From: Nitrososphaera sp.
GTDB taxonomy: Archaea > Thermoproteota > Nitrososphaeria > Nitrososphaerales > Nitrososphaeraceae
Direction of reading: 5' to 3'
Assembly: GCF_050748925.1 (NCBI RefSeq)
Contig: NZ_JBOGQF010000001.1
Location: forward strand, 1 to 42,443
DNA: 42,443 bases
A model generated the notes under the pieces. It worked only from the letters and a program-made list of their open reading frames with translations, had not been told where the DNA came from and ran no database searches. Within the stretch, counting starts at the first letter, position 1; each line of letters starts with the position of its first letter. Position numbers and translations under genes: made by a program. Shown piece by piece: positions 27,025 through 36,997 of this stretch.

Positions 27025-27642
27025 TTGGCATCGGACTTTCCGCTCGAGTTTGCATCGTTCCTGCTCAAGAGCAACGCGCTGAGGTTCGGAGCTTTTACGC
27101 TTGCCTCCGGCAAGCCGAGCCCCTACTACATAGACCTGCGCATGCTGCCCAGCTTTCCGCAGCATTTCAAGCTTACGATAAACGCACTCAAGGGCGCCAT
27201 TGCAAAGCTAAAGTTTGACACGCTAGCCTCCGTCCCGACCTCCGGCCTCGTGTTCGGCTCGGCACTGGCTTACGAGGCGTCCAAGCCTTTTGTCTACGTC
27301 AGAAAAGAGTCCAAGGGTTATGGCACGAGCAAGCTCGTGGAGGGCCACCTGCCTTCCGGCTCCAAGGTCCTAGTGATTGACGACGTGGCTACGACCGGCA
27401 CGTCAGTCAGCAAGGCAATAGACGTCATACGCGCAAACGGGGGCGTGGTCGACGACGTGGTCGCCGTCCTGAGCCGGATGGAAGGCGCCGAGGAAAAGCT
27501 GAAAGAGATGGGCGTCCGGCTCACCGCCGTCATAACGATACAGGACATCGTGAGCACGCTCCACAAGTCCGGCCTGGTAGACGACGCCACCCTCGGCGCC
27601 GTGATGAGGCAAGTCTCTACCCGGGAATACGAAACCGACTAG
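27025..27642 (+). CDS. pyrE: Orotate phosphoribosyltransferase
   Basis: FTLASGKPSPYYIDLR, YVRKESKGYG, VIDDVATTG; TTG 27025 is the likely start. Confidence 0.95.
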   Translation: MASDFPLEFASFLLKSNALRFGAFTLASGKPSPYYIDLRMLPSFPQHFKLTINALKGAIAKLKFDTLASVPTSGLVFGSALAYEASKPFVYVRKESKGYGTSKLVEGHLPSGSKVLVIDDVATTGTSVSKAIDVIRANGGVVDDVVAVLSRMEGAEEKLKEMGVRLTAVITIQDIVSTLHKSGLVDDATLGAVMRQVSTREYETD

Positions 27643-28523
27643 GGCTGGATGTTTACCTGCGGGACTGTGGCCTGCGCAGCTGCCGTCGCCTCAAATGGCG
27701 TGTACGGCTGCAGCCCCCACGGGCCGAGCCCCAGGAACCCGCTCTGGTTGAAGGTGTTGTTTGGGAACGTGCGCAGGTGGACGTTAAAGTCCCTGACGCC
27801 TTCGTTGTAGTAGGTCCTTGATACCGCGATGCGGTTTTCAGTGCCTGCAAGCTCGTCCATCACCCTTCTCAGCGTAATGTCTGCTTTCAGGTTGGGGTAC
27901 TGCTCGTATGTTACCAAAATCTTGCTGAGCGCCTCTTCTATCTGGTTGCTCGTCTCTACGCGGTCGTTCACCGTCGGCGCGCGCTGCCAGTCGGTCCTGA
28001 GCCGCGTCACGTTCTCAAGGACGCTCCTTTCGAATTCAAGGTGGGTCTGCGCCACGCTGACTATGTTGGGTATCAGGTCGTACCGGCGCTGCAGCTGCAC
28101 GTTGACGTCGCCTTCAAGCCCCCTGCCGACTTCGATGCGGAGCGACCCGCCGCCAGAGTCGCGTTCCAGCGACATCAGCACGAGCACGCCGTTGTCCTTG
28201 CCCTCCTTGCCGATGCCCTTTATCCCGTCCAGTGTCACCTCGTTGTAGATATAGTTGGCAAGCATGTCGCGGTCCTGGATCTCGACGCCGTCTCTCTTGA
28301 TGCCGTGCCCCTCGAAACTTGGTATGGTGTAAATGACGATCTCGTTTGTGGTCGCCCTGTCTAGCCCTCTGAGGTACGAGTGGATTACCTCTTCCTGCCC
28401 TGCCGAAATCACGCCCGCATTGTCAAAGATGTAGGTCCGGCGGACCTCGGAATTCTGGGCAAAAGCCGGCGCAGCCGATACTAGCGCCAGGGCTGCAAGA
28501 AAATAGAAAATGGGCCGGGTCAC
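27639..28523 (-). CDS. Chimeric TPM-domain (N-part) / LemA (C-part) protein
   Basis: Signal peptide, TPM motifs (DNAGVIS, GIGKEGKDNGVLVL, RIEVGRGLEG) joined directly to LemA motifs (VQLQRRYDLIPN, EQYPNLKA, ELAGTENRIAVSR..YN, FPNN). GTG 28523 is the likely start; the ORF is open to 28652. Confidence 0.85.
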   Translation of the reverse strand: MTRPIFYFLAALALVSAAPAFAQNSEVRRTYIFDNAGVISAGQEEVIHSYLRGLDRATTNEIVIYTIPSFEGHGIKRDGVEIQDRDMLANYIYNEVTLDGIKGIGKEGKDNGVLVLMSLERDSGGGSLRIEVGRGLEGDVNVQLQRRYDLIPNIVSVAQTHLEFERSVLENVTRLRTDWQRAPTVNDRVETSNQIEEALSKILVTYEQYPNLKADITLRRVMDELAGTENRIAVSRTYYNEGVRDFNVHLRTFPNNTFNQSGFLGLGPWGLQPYTPFEATAAAQATVPQVNIQP

Positions 28524-28686
28524 GCAGGTGTTTCTGGATTTAGAAATGCTAATAATCCTTCCGGAATATTGCGAGTTCATCAAAAGTGTGACGGGGCCAG
28601 ATACCTCCGCCATGGCCCCGATTATGACCCACAGCACTGCGTGAAAGCCCATCTGTCAATGCTGCGCGCATCAGCGTATGTGTCTT

Positions 28687-29250
28687 TTAGCCTTCGTAGA
28701 TCATCAGGTTCTTTTCTTCAAGAAGCGTGTGCAGGTTGTGGACTGCGCGGTACACCTCGCTCTCCTTCTTGGCGCCCGTGCACACCAGCTTGCCGGACGC
28801 AAAGAGCAGTATGACAGTCTTTGGGTCAAGCATCCTGTGGATGAGGCCCGGGAACTGCTCCGGCTCGTACATGCTCCTTGGCAGCACCCTTGCCGCCAGT
28901 TCGAGGTGGATCTTGCCGCCGAGGCTTGCAGACGCGACGATGTTCTGTATCTCTATTTGTGGATCGTGCTCTAGCGGGATGCCGCCTTTTTTCAGCTTTA
29001 AAACAACATTTTTCACGGCCTGGATTGCCATCTTTTCCGATTTTGCGCCGGTGCAGACCATCTTGCCGGAGCTAAAGATAAGTGTGGCAGTCTTGGGCGA
29101 CCTCAGCCTAAAGACCAGGCCGGGGAACTGGTCAGGATGATATTCCACATCCGGGAAAATCTGCGTAATCAGATTCAGGTTGACCGTCTGGTTCACGGTG
29201 GCGGACGCAACCACGTTTTCGATGCTGACGATGGGCTTGGTCTGCGGCAT
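28687..29250 (-). CDS. tbp: TATA-box binding protein
   Basis: Two repeats of NVVAS...PDQFPGL...LIFSSGKMVCTGAK. Confidence 0.98.
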   Translation of the reverse strand: MPQTKPIVSIENVVASATVNQTVNLNLITQIFPDVEYHPDQFPGLVFRLRSPKTATLIFSSGKMVCTGAKSEKMAIQAVKNVVLKLKKGGIPLEHDPQIEIQNIVASASLGGKIHLELAARVLPRSMYEPEQFPGLIHRMLDPKTVILLFASGKLVCTGAKKESEVYRAVHNLHTLLEEKNLMIYEG

Positions 29251-29321
29251 ACCTGCCTTTATAAAGGGCTAGTATATATACGTGCTTTAGATATTTCAAC
29301 TTATTCGGGTGTTTTTTGCAG

Positions 29322-29738
29322 TTACTCGCCTATTACCTTGACCAGCACCCTCTTTGGCCGCCGGCCGTCAAACTCGCCGTAGAATATCTGCTCCCACGGG
29401 CCGAAATCCAGCTTGCCGTTTGTTATCGCGACCGTCACTTCCCTGCCCATCACCTGCCTTTTCAGGTGGGCGTCCGCGTTGTCCTCGCCAGTCCTGTTGT
29501 GCAGGTATGATTCCGGCGAATACGGCGCCAGTCCCTCCAGCCACCGCTGAAAGTCCTGGTGGAGCCCGCCTTCGTCGTCGTTGATGAACACGCTGGCCGA
29601 GATGTGCATCGCGTTGACGAGCACGATGCCCTCCTTTACCCCGCTCTCTTGCACGACCTCTCTTACCTGCGGGGTGATGTTGACGTATGCGTGGCGCTCT
29701 TGCGTGTCAAAAGTAAGGTAGGCAGTCCTGGACTTCAT
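29322..29738 (-). CDS. YjbQ/UPF0047 family protein
   Basis: [32 protein letters not shown]. Confidence 0.92.
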   Translation of the reverse strand: MKSRTAYLTFDTQERHAYVNITPQVREVVQESGVKEGIVLVNAMHISASVFINDDEGGLHQDFQRWLEGLAPYSPESYLHNRTGEDNADAHLKRQVMGREVTVAITNGKLDFGPWEQIFYGEFDGRRPKRVLVKVIGE

Positions 29739-30322
29739 ACTGACGGCGGCGGAGGCGGCGGTGGCGATTGCTGGCCTGTCGGCGGCTGATCAGACTGAGA
29801 TGCCGGCGGCCCGCCCTTTTTCTTGCCCATCTTTGTGAAAAAGAGTATCACGAGGATTACCGCGATGATGATATAGTTGACCGGCGGGCTGATTACCTTG
29901 GCTATGATGCCGGCGCCCTGCATGACGTAAACGACGCGGCCGATATAGTTGTCTTCCCTGATGGGATAGTCTGTGCCCGGTATCGACGCCGGGTTTGCGT
30001 CGCCCTTGGTCCTGACGATGCGCTCGCCGTCGCCCCGCTCGTCTATCTCTATCACGCGGTGCACGATGACCCTGTCCTCGCCATCAGGCCTGTTGAATAC
30101 AATGATGTCTCCAACCTTCAGGTCGTCCCACGATCCGCCGTTCCTCACCATGAGTATGTCGTTTACCTCAAGCGTCGGGATCATGCTGCCGCTTGAAACA
30201 ATATAGAACGGGTTATTGGTGTCAAAAGCTAGCCTGAGCCCAAGCCACACTATTGCGACGCCTGCGACCACGATGACGATGTCGCGCACGGCTACAGGCA
30301 TCTTGGACCTGGGCTTTTCCAA
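29735..30322 (-). CDS. Signal peptidase I (S26B)
   Basis: [19 protein letters not shown]; Pro-rich tail. Confidence 0.93.
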   Translation of the reverse strand: MEKPRSKMPVAVRDIVIVVAGVAIVWLGLRLAFDTNNPFYIVSSGSMIPTLEVNDILMVRNGGSWDDLKVGDIIVFNRPDGEDRVIVHRVIEIDERGDGERIVRTKGDANPASIPGTDYPIREDNYIGRVVYVMQGAGIIAKVISPPVNYIIIAVILVILFFTKMGKKKGGPPASQSDQPPTGQQSPPPPPPPSV

Positions 30323-30357
30323 CGTGGCTTTCTTCGGCCCGTTCGTTAGATAAACCT

Positions 30358-30666
30358 TTAGCGCATGTCGAGCTGCTTCATTATCGACTTGCGCAGGAGG
30401 GGCATCCTGTTCATCATTATCGACAGTATTTCGGCAGTCTCGTCCCTGTCGGGGAGCCTGCCGTTCTTGTTTTCAAACGACGCCATAAAGTTGCCGACTA
30501 CCATGCCGGAGATGAGGCCGTAGGCAAACTCTTCAATGTCGCCCTGACGGGGCATCATCTTGCGCGCAAGCCCGATGGGCACCTTTGGGTCCTTGCCTGC
30601 CGCCTTTATCAAGGCCTCAAGCTCTTTTCTGTCCACTGCTTCGAGGCCCATCATGGCAGGCAACAT
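30358..30666 (-). CDS. Hypothetical protein
   Basis: Compact ORF of about 100 aa directly upstream of the signal peptidase; start probably at 30666-30651 rather than 30834. Confidence 0.65.
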   Translation of the reverse strand: MLPAMMGLEAVDRKELEALIKAAGKDPKVPIGLARKMMPRQGDIEEFAYGLISGMVVGNFMASFENKNGRLPDRDETAEILSIMMNRMPLLRKSIMKQLDMR

Positions 30667-30749
30667 GGCACGGGTATTTGATGTTTTTTCTGCAACCCGG
30701 GCCTGGCAGAACCCTAACTTTTTTAATGGCTTGATATAGCAATTCTCTG

Positions 30750-32471
30750 ATGTCAGGCAGCAACAGTTGTTCCGTGGTCCTGCTCGAGCTTGGCGTGGCC
30801 GCGTTTGACAGCGCAGGCAGCGTCGCCGCTTCAAAGAAATTTGAGAGCGCGCTCCGCTCGTACCGCCTGCTGAAAAGCGGCTCTACCTCTGACGAGATCA
30901 GGCAGTTTGTGGAAAAATTACGCTCATACGATACCATATCTGTAAATGACGCCAGCCTTGCAATAGTCCTGCGCCAGGCAGGCCTTGACACGCAGCTGAT
31001 GGCCGAAGAAAAGCAGCAAGAGATCCAGGGGGCCAAGCCCGACTATATAGTAAAGGCCGGCTTTGCCGCAAGCGCGACTGACGCCATGCAGGCGCTGCGC
31101 GACTTTGCGATAGAGCTTTCGTCTTCGCGCGTAAAAGAGGCGTCGGAGAAGCTGGATCTGCACATCGTCCAGTCGATAAACGGGCTTGACGAGCTGGACA
31201 AGATAATCAACACCATAAGCACGAGAATGCGCGAATGGTACGGCCTGCACTTTCCAGAGCTTGACAACATGCTCCAGAGCCAGGTGGCGCAGGCAGAGAT
31301 AATCGCCCGCGCCGGCTCTAGGGACAAGATAACCCGCGAAATCCTGGAGAGCTCTGGCATGCAGGACAAAAAAGTCGAGATAATCTTGGACGCGGCAAAG
31401 CGCAGCAGGGGAGGCGACATGACGCCGGAAAACCTTGCAATTGTAAAGAAACTGGCAGACCAGGTCATACTGCAATCCGACCTGCGCCGCGTCCTTTCCG
31501 ATCACATTGAAGCGGCGATGGAAACGGTCGCCCCAAACGTCAAGGAACTGCTAACTGCAACCGTTGGCGCAAGGATTCTTGCCAAGGCAGGCAGCCTGGC
31601 AAGGCTGGCAATGCTGCCGGCAAGCACCATCCAGGTCCTTGGCGCAGAAAAGGCGCTGTTTCGGGCGCTAAAGACGGGCGCCCGGCCGCCAAAGCACGGC
31701 ATACTATTCCAGCATCCAGTCATCCATGCGGCGCCAAAGTGGCAGCGGGGCAAGATAGCGAGGGCCATCGCGTCAAAGGTGGCAATTGCCGCAAGGATCG
31801 ACTACTACCGCCACGAGGGCAAGGACACGGCGATTTCAGAGAAACTAAAGACCCGGCTTGATGAAATCCGCGAAAAGTACAAGGAGCCGGTGTCAGAAAA
31901 AGAGCGCGACCAGAAATACAGGGAGCACGAGCGCCGCGAAGGCAGAAGGGGCGGAGGAGGATATGGCCGCGACAGGCGCGGCGGAGGCGGAGGAAGATTC
32001 GGTGGCGGCGGTGGAAGGCGCTACGGCGGTGGCCGCGACAGGCGCGGCGGAGGCGAAAGGTTTGGCGGCGGCAGCCGCGACAGGCGAGACGCCAGCTTTG
32101 GTGATAGAGGCAGCAGCTCCGGTGGCGGCGGTGGAGGCTATGGCCGCGACAGGCGCGACGACAACGCCCGGGACGGTAGCAGTTCCGGCAGCGGCGGATA
32201 CAGGCGCGACGACAGTGCAAGGGATAGTGGCAGCTCTGGCGGCGGATATGGCAGAGACAGGCGTGAAAGCAACGCTGGCGATAGCAGTAATTCCGGTGGC
32301 GGTGGATACGGCGGCAGCCGCGACAGGCGCGGCGGAGGAGGATATGGCCGCGAAAGGCGCGAGGGCGGCGGTGGCGACACTGGCAGCTCTAGCAGCGGCG
32401 GTAGCAGCTCTGGCGGCCCAAAGAGCGAGCCGGGAAGGGACAGAAAGCGCTTTGGAAAACGACGGTATTAG
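30750..32471 (+). CDS. nop5: Box C/D RNP protein Nop5 (Nop56/58) with long Gly/Arg/Asp-rich tail
   Basis: REWYGLHFPEL, PASTIQVLGAEKALF, PPKHG, RGKIARAIA; low-complexity C-terminal extension. Confidence 0.95.
   Translation: MSGSNSCSVVLLELGVAAFDSAGSVAASKKFESALRSYRLLKSGSTSDEIRQFVEKLRSYDTISVNDASLAIVLRQAGLDTQLMAEEKQQEIQGAKPDYIVKAGFAASATDAMQALRDFAIELSSSRVKEASEKLDLHIVQSINGLDELDKIINTISTRMREWYGLHFPELDNMLQSQVAQAEIIARAGSRDKITREILESSGMQDKKVEIILDAAKRSRGGDMTPENLAIVKKLADQVILQSDLRRVLSDHIEAAMETVAPNVKELLTATVGARILAKAGSLARLAMLPASTIQVLGAEKALFRALKTGARPPKHGILFQHPVIHAAPKWQRGKIARAIASKVAIAARIDYYRHEGKDTAISEKLKTRLDEIREKYKEPVSEKERDQKYREHERREGRRGGGGYGRDRRGGGGGRFGGGGGRRYGGGRDRRGGGERFGGGSRDRRDASFGDRGSSSGGGGGGYGRDRRDDNARDGSSSGSGGYRRDDSARDSGSSGGGYGRDRRESNAGDSSNSGGGGYGGSRDRRGGGGYGRERREGGGGDTGSSSSGGSSSGGPKSEPGRDRKRFGKRRY
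31945..32420 (+). repeat. Low-complexity degenerate repeat encoding (G)nYGRDRR
   Basis: Six RDRR and one RERR unit; recurring DNA motif tatggccgcgacaggcgc. Confidence 0.85.
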
Positions 32472-33117
32472 GTGGATATCAGTCGCCGGAGAAAAGCACG
32501 CCGCGACTCTGAACCTCGTCCCCGGCAACAACGTCTACGGGGAAAAGCTGGTCAAGTACGACGGCGAGGAATACCGGCTGTGGGACCCGTTTCGGAGCAA
32601 GCTTGCCGGCTCGCTGAAAAAAGGGCTGAAAAAAATGCCTATACAGAACGGCACCAAGGTACTGTACCTCGGCGCGTCAACCGGAACCACCGTGAGCCAC
32701 GTCTCTGACATTGTCGGCAACAGCGGCATCGTCTTTGCAGTCGAGCCTGCGACCCGGGTCGCAAGGGACCTGATAGAAAACGTCGCCTCAAAGCGCAAAA
32801 ACGTCGTGCCGGTACTTGAAGACGCGAGGCGCCCGCAGTCGTATTTCTCGGTGTTTGGCAAGGTCGACGTGGTCTATTGCGACATTGCGCAGCCCGACCA
32901 GACCGACATTGCAATCGCAAACTGCAACGCGTACTTGAAGCCCGGGGGAATCATGCTCCTTCTGGTAAAGACGCAGAGCATCGACGTGACTAGAGACCCA
33001 AACGCGGTGATAGCGCAGGAGGCCAAAAAGCTGGAAAAGGCCGGCTTTACGATAGAGCAGATATTGAAACTGGAGCCCTTTGACAAGGACCACGGAATGA
33101 TCTACTGTTTCAAATGA
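32452..33117 (+). CDS. flpA: Fibrillarin-like rRNA/tRNA 2'-O-methyltransferase
   Basis: VYGE, YRLWDPFRSKLA, VLYLGASTGTTVSHVSD, DIAQPDQ. TTG 32452 overlaps the end of nop5 by 20 nt. Confidence 0.95.
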   Translation: MENDGIRWISVAGEKHAATLNLVPGNNVYGEKLVKYDGEEYRLWDPFRSKLAGSLKKGLKKMPIQNGTKVLYLGASTGTTVSHVSDIVGNSGIVFAVEPATRVARDLIENVASKRKNVVPVLEDARRPQSYFSVFGKVDVVYCDIAQPDQTDIAIANCNAYLKPGGIMLLLVKTQSIDVTRDPNAVIAQEAKKLEKAGFTIEQILKLEPFDKDHGMIYCFK

Positions 33118-33754
33118 GCGTGCGCTGCTCCAGCTCTTCGAGCATCAGCCGCAGCGGCTTCCACGACTTTCTTGCAAACGCCGGCGGGCACTTTTTCCTG
33201 CCGACCCAGTCTTTGATAAAGAGCATCGTGCGCTCGTCAGACGGGTAGCCTGAGCCGATGTCGCGGTGGCGCTTTCTGATCTTTTTTATTTCCGCGTCGC
33301 GCGTTATCTTTGCCAGTATCGAAGCCGCAGACACGACGACGTTTATCCTGTCGGCGTGGTGCAGCGAGTGGATCGTCGGGACGGTTTCAAGGTGGCTTGC
33401 GATATAGTCGCGGTACCTGCCGGTGTTTGTGTCGCAGCAGTCGACGAACACCTCCTTTGCGTTAATGTGGCTGATGACGTGGGCCATCGCCTTTGCCTCA
33501 AGCCTGTTCAGGCCTTTTAGCAGGACGTTTGCATCGACCTCTGTCGACTTTATTACGTGGATGTGGTGGTGCTCTGACAGGCTGATTATCTCGCCGTACA
33601 GCCTTTCGCGGGCCTGCGCCGTCAGCAATTTAGAGTCCTTGACGCCCATCTCTTTCAGTTTCGCGATTTTGGATTCGCGGACGCTGACGCCGGCGACGAC
33701 CAGCGGGCCGATGATGGAACCGCGCCCCGCCTCGTCAACCCCGCCAACAAGCAT
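33110..33754 (-). CDS. rnhB: Ribonuclease HII
   Basis: GVDEAGRGS..GP, VKDSK, VSAASILAK, GSGYPSD. Confidence 0.96.
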   Translation of the reverse strand: MLVGGVDEAGRGSIIGPLVVAGVSVRESKIAKLKEMGVKDSKLLTAQARERLYGEIISLSEHHHIHVIKSTEVDANVLLKGLNRLEAKAMAHVISHINAKEVFVDCCDTNTGRYRDYIASHLETVPTIHSLHHADRINVVVSAASILAKITRDAEIKKIRKRHRDIGSGYPSDERTMLFIKDWVGRKKCPPAFARKSWKPLRLMLEELEQRTLI

Positions 33755-33889
33755 AAGCTGTCTATGTGAAAATGCCGGTAGCTTTTAGAGATTGCGCTTT
33801 GCGGTAATGATCAGGTTTATCCGCCCTTTCTTTCTGGCTGTCAAAATCCGGTTGATAGGGTTAAATTCCGCTTGCCCTAAATTGCGCAG

Positions 33890-34300
33890 GTGGCAAAGCT
33901 TGATTGGGCCATTGCGCCGGAATTGCGAGGCACGCTATCCCTATCTGCGGATGCAAGTGTTTCAGCAAGATACGAGGCTTTATTCATAAAAGCAACGAAT
34001 CTTTTAGCCCCAACGGTCAAGCCCAAGCCGATAGCTGTTTTCTTTGTCAGAGACGTGCTGAAAATCAACCTCACCGCCCAAGAAAAGATAGCAGAATATT
34101 GGCGTGACATGATCGTGTACAATCTTGCCAGGATGGATCTTCATCATGATGAAAGAGAAGTAATGGTGATTTTGCTTGAAGAGCTAGTCCACGCATACTA
34201 TGACAGTTTGGACAAAGAATATGTGGGAAAAATAGTGGCGCAGGTGTATCCGCAGGTCAAGTTCGACGCAGTAAAGATGCAGTATGTGCCAAACACCTGA
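33890..34300 (+). CDS. Hypothetical protein with EExxH zincin-like motif
   Basis: 136 aa; ILLEELVHAYY; visibly more AT-rich than its neighbours. Confidence 0.55.
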   Translation: MAKLDWAIAPELRGTLSLSADASVSARYEALFIKATNLLAPTVKPKPIAVFFVRDVLKINLTAQEKIAEYWRDMIVYNLARMDLHHDEREVMVILLEELVHAYYDSLDKEYVGKIVAQVYPQVKFDAVKMQYVPNT

Positions 34301-34435
34301 CATGGGCACGCTGCATCAGCGTTATCCGCCTGTTACCTTTATCATCCAGTCATCCAGCGGCGCCCTGCCCTCAATCCCTGATGTGGCCCTGCCGCATTTG
34401 TGCACAATAAATACGGCATCCCACCTGCCTCCGGC

Positions 34436-35569
34436 ATGGAAGGGTTTACGCAGACGGTGGAGGGGCAGACCAAGCTTCTCGTGCCCGAGCTGTCGCTCAC
34501 CGAAAGGGTGCCGCCCAAGGTCCCCGCCTTTTTCAACCCCGCGGCAAAACTGAACCGCGACCTGTCTGTGCTTGCGTACCGCGCCTATGCGCCGCGGCTA
34601 GATGAAAAGACGTTTGCCGACGGCTTTGGAGGGGTAGGCGCCCGCGCGCTCCGGGTGGCGGCAGAGGTGCCAGAGATAGATCAGGTGTACTGCAACGACG
34701 TGAACCCCACTGCGATAGAGGCGGCAAAGCAGTCGGCAGAGCTGAATTCCGTCTCTGGCAGGTGCAATTTCTCGATAAACGAGGTATGCAAGTTCCTGAT
34801 GCAGGGCGACAGGGAAGGCGAGCGTTTCGGGATAATCGACCTCGACCCGTTCGGCACGCCGGCAAAACACATCGACTGCGTGCTGCGCGCCGTCCTTGAC
34901 GACGGCCTGATATCGATAACGGCCACCGACACCGCGGTGCTGCACGGCGTCTACCCGGAGGTGTGCCGCCGGCGCTATTACGGCATGCCTCTCAACAACA
35001 GCTATGGCAACGAAGTGGCGATACGACTGCTGGCGTCGCTGATAGCGCTTACGGCGTCAAGGCTGGAACTTGCGATAAAGCCGATTTTTTCCCACGCCAC
35101 GATGACCTACCTGCGGGTCTACGCGACGGTGGCGGTGAACTCGGGGCAGGCAAACGACGTCTATAGCAACATCGGCTACGTGATGCACTGCTTTAACTGC
35201 GGCCACCGGATGTCTGCAGGCGAATACGACGGCAGCGCAAAATGCGCCCTCTGCCAGCACAGGATGAGGATCGGCGGCCAGCTGTGGACCGGCCTGCTTC
35301 ATGACCGTGACTTTGTCGCCAAAATGTCAGAAGGGGCAACCGACCCCAAATGCAAAAAGGTGCTTGACGCGGCCGTCGACGAAATAGAAATCCCCTACTA
35401 CTTCAAGGGCGACGAGATATCGTCCATGCTAAAGACAAACCCGCACTCTATAACGGCTGTAATCGAAAAGTTGCGAGCCGCAGGCTATCGCACGTCAAAG
35501 GCGTCGCTGAATCCCGGCGCCTTCAAGACCGACGCTAGAATAGACCAGGTGCTCGCAGCGCTCAGGTAG
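34436..35569 (+). CDS. trm1: tRNA (guanine-N2)-dimethyltransferase
   Basis: FFNP..NRDLS, GARALR, IDLDPFGTP, ITATD, CxxC...CxxC, KTDA. ATG 34436 is preferred. Confidence 0.93.
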   Translation: MEGFTQTVEGQTKLLVPELSLTERVPPKVPAFFNPAAKLNRDLSVLAYRAYAPRLDEKTFADGFGGVGARALRVAAEVPEIDQVYCNDVNPTAIEAAKQSAELNSVSGRCNFSINEVCKFLMQGDREGERFGIIDLDPFGTPAKHIDCVLRAVLDDGLISITATDTAVLHGVYPEVCRRRYYGMPLNNSYGNEVAIRLLASLIALTASRLELAIKPIFSHATMTYLRVYATVAVNSGQANDVYSNIGYVMHCFNCGHRMSAGEYDGSAKCALCQHRMRIGGQLWTGLLHDRDFVAKMSEGATDPKCKKVLDAAVDEIEIPYYFKGDEISSMLKTNPHSITAVIEKLRAAGYRTSKASLNPGAFKTDARIDQVLAALR

Positions 35570-36065
35570 GGAACGAGTCAATCGACTGCTCTATCAGGCT
35601 GTCCATTTCCGCCTTGATGTCTTCCAGCTCGGGGCTTGGCTCCCTTTCTTCGGAATCCACCAGGGTTTCCATCTCTTGCAGGTATTCGTCAAACTTGTCA
35701 AGCGCCTGTTCGTACAGAGAATAACTTGCCTGCCATTCCTGCGGCGGCTGGACGAGCCTGCTGCGCAGTTCTTGCGCCCTGGCACTTGCATCAATTATCC
35801 CGTCTTGCATCTGTTCAGAGTCGATGACATCGTCCAGCCAGTTTTCAAAATTTGACTCTAGCTCGGTGACGATAAAATTGTGTTCGGTATAGACAAATGA
35901 AAGGTTGTCGGCAGGATGGTTGGCAATCTCTTCTGAGGAAAAGTCGTCGTCGGTGATGTTTGCCGCCGTGGTGTTGCCCTGCGGGATGGCCCATATCATG
36001 GCGCTTGCGGCAATTATGCCGGCCACTATGGCGGCGGTTATCACGATGCCTTTCTTGCTTGCCAA
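35562..36065 (-). CDS. Membrane-anchored acidic helical hypothetical protein
   Basis: SKKG followed by a TM helix, then an acidic helical region; TTG 36065 is the likely start. Confidence 0.7.
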   Translation of the reverse strand: MASKKGIVITAAIVAGIIAASAMIWAIPQGNTTAANITDDDFSSEEIANHPADNLSFVYTEHNFIVTELESNFENWLDDVIDSEQMQDGIIDASARAQELRSRLVQPPQEWQASYSLYEQALDKFDEYLQEMETLVDSEEREPSPELEDIKAEMDSLIEQSIDSFPT

Positions 36066-36143
36066 CTTGTGTGTGTGGTTGTTTGAGAGATGTCCAATAA
36101 AAAGCATATCAAAATATACCGCGTTTGCCTCATGATTTTATCA

Positions 36144-36956
36144 ATGAGCGCGCAGCCCGCCACAGGCAAGATAATCTACAGGCACGACATCACGCCGGAC
36201 CTTTCCATAATCCGCATCCAGCCCTCCGACGGGAGCCTGGTCCCTGACTTCAAGCCGGGCCAGTTCATCACGCTTGGGCTGCAGCTGGAAGGCGAAGAAA
36301 AAATCACAAACCGCGCCTACTCGCTTGCCTCGCCTCCGGAGCAAAAGCAGTATTTCGAGCTGTACATTAAATGGGCGACAGAGCCGGTGCCCGGCAAGTT
36401 CACGACGGCACTGTTCAACATGAAGCAAGGCGACCAGCTGTACTGGCGCAAGCCTGCCGGCGCGTTCACCTTAGAAGAAAAAAGGCCGGACGGCATGCCT
36501 GACGAAAGGGCGCTGGTGCTCGTCGCGTCGGGGACGGGCCTCGCGCCTTTTGTCGCCTATGCCCTGCACCTGCAAGCCACCGGCTCAAAGAGAAGGATAG
36601 CCTTGCTGCACGGCGCGCGCAACGTAAAGGAGCTGGGCTACCGCGACCTCTTCCAAAAGATGGACAACATCATTTACCTGCCGACCGTCAGCAGGCCAAA
36701 CGAGCCCGAGTCGCAGGGCTGGGCGGGCCATACCGGGAGGGTCGAGTCGCTGCTGGTGCCAAACGGCGGCGCGTCCGAGCTTGAAAGGGCGCTTGGCTAC
36801 AAGGTGTCGCCTGACAACTCTTTCTTTTACATATGTGGCTACCAGGGCACCATCGACAGCGTAATATCGATACTGCAGCCGCTCGGGTTTGTCAGCAACC
36901 GCAACAAGCGCAAGGACGGCTCGTTTGACGTAAAGATAGAGACGTACGGGCAGTGA
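36144..36956 (+). CDS. fpr: Ferredoxin/flavodoxin-NADP+ reductase
   Basis: FKPGQF, RAYSLAS, GKFT, SGTGLAPF, TVSR, YICG and terminal ETYG. Confidence 0.9.
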   Translation: MSAQPATGKIIYRHDITPDLSIIRIQPSDGSLVPDFKPGQFITLGLQLEGEEKITNRAYSLASPPEQKQYFELYIKWATEPVPGKFTTALFNMKQGDQLYWRKPAGAFTLEEKRPDGMPDERALVLVASGTGLAPFVAYALHLQATGSKRRIALLHGARNVKELGYRDLFQKMDNIIYLPTVSRPNEPESQGWAGHTGRVESLLVPNGGASELERALGYKVSPDNSFFYICGYQGTIDSVISILQPLGFVSNRNKRKDGSFDVKIETYGQ

Positions 36957-36997
36957 TGCCGAGAAGCTGTTTAATATCATGCCCCGGATAATTGTGC

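Noticed and set aside
31945..32420. Repeated DNA units as a possible CRISPR array
   Set aside because: Units are degenerate, irregularly spaced and in frame within nop5; no cas genes are present.
31858..32451. 198-aa Ala-rich N-terminal extension of fibrillarin in the ORF track
   Set aside because: It is the alternative frame of the GGC-rich Nop5 tail; fibrillarin homology starts near TTG 32452.
31893..32531. 212-aa Ala-rich antisense ORF
   Set aside because: Shadow of the same low-complexity repeat.
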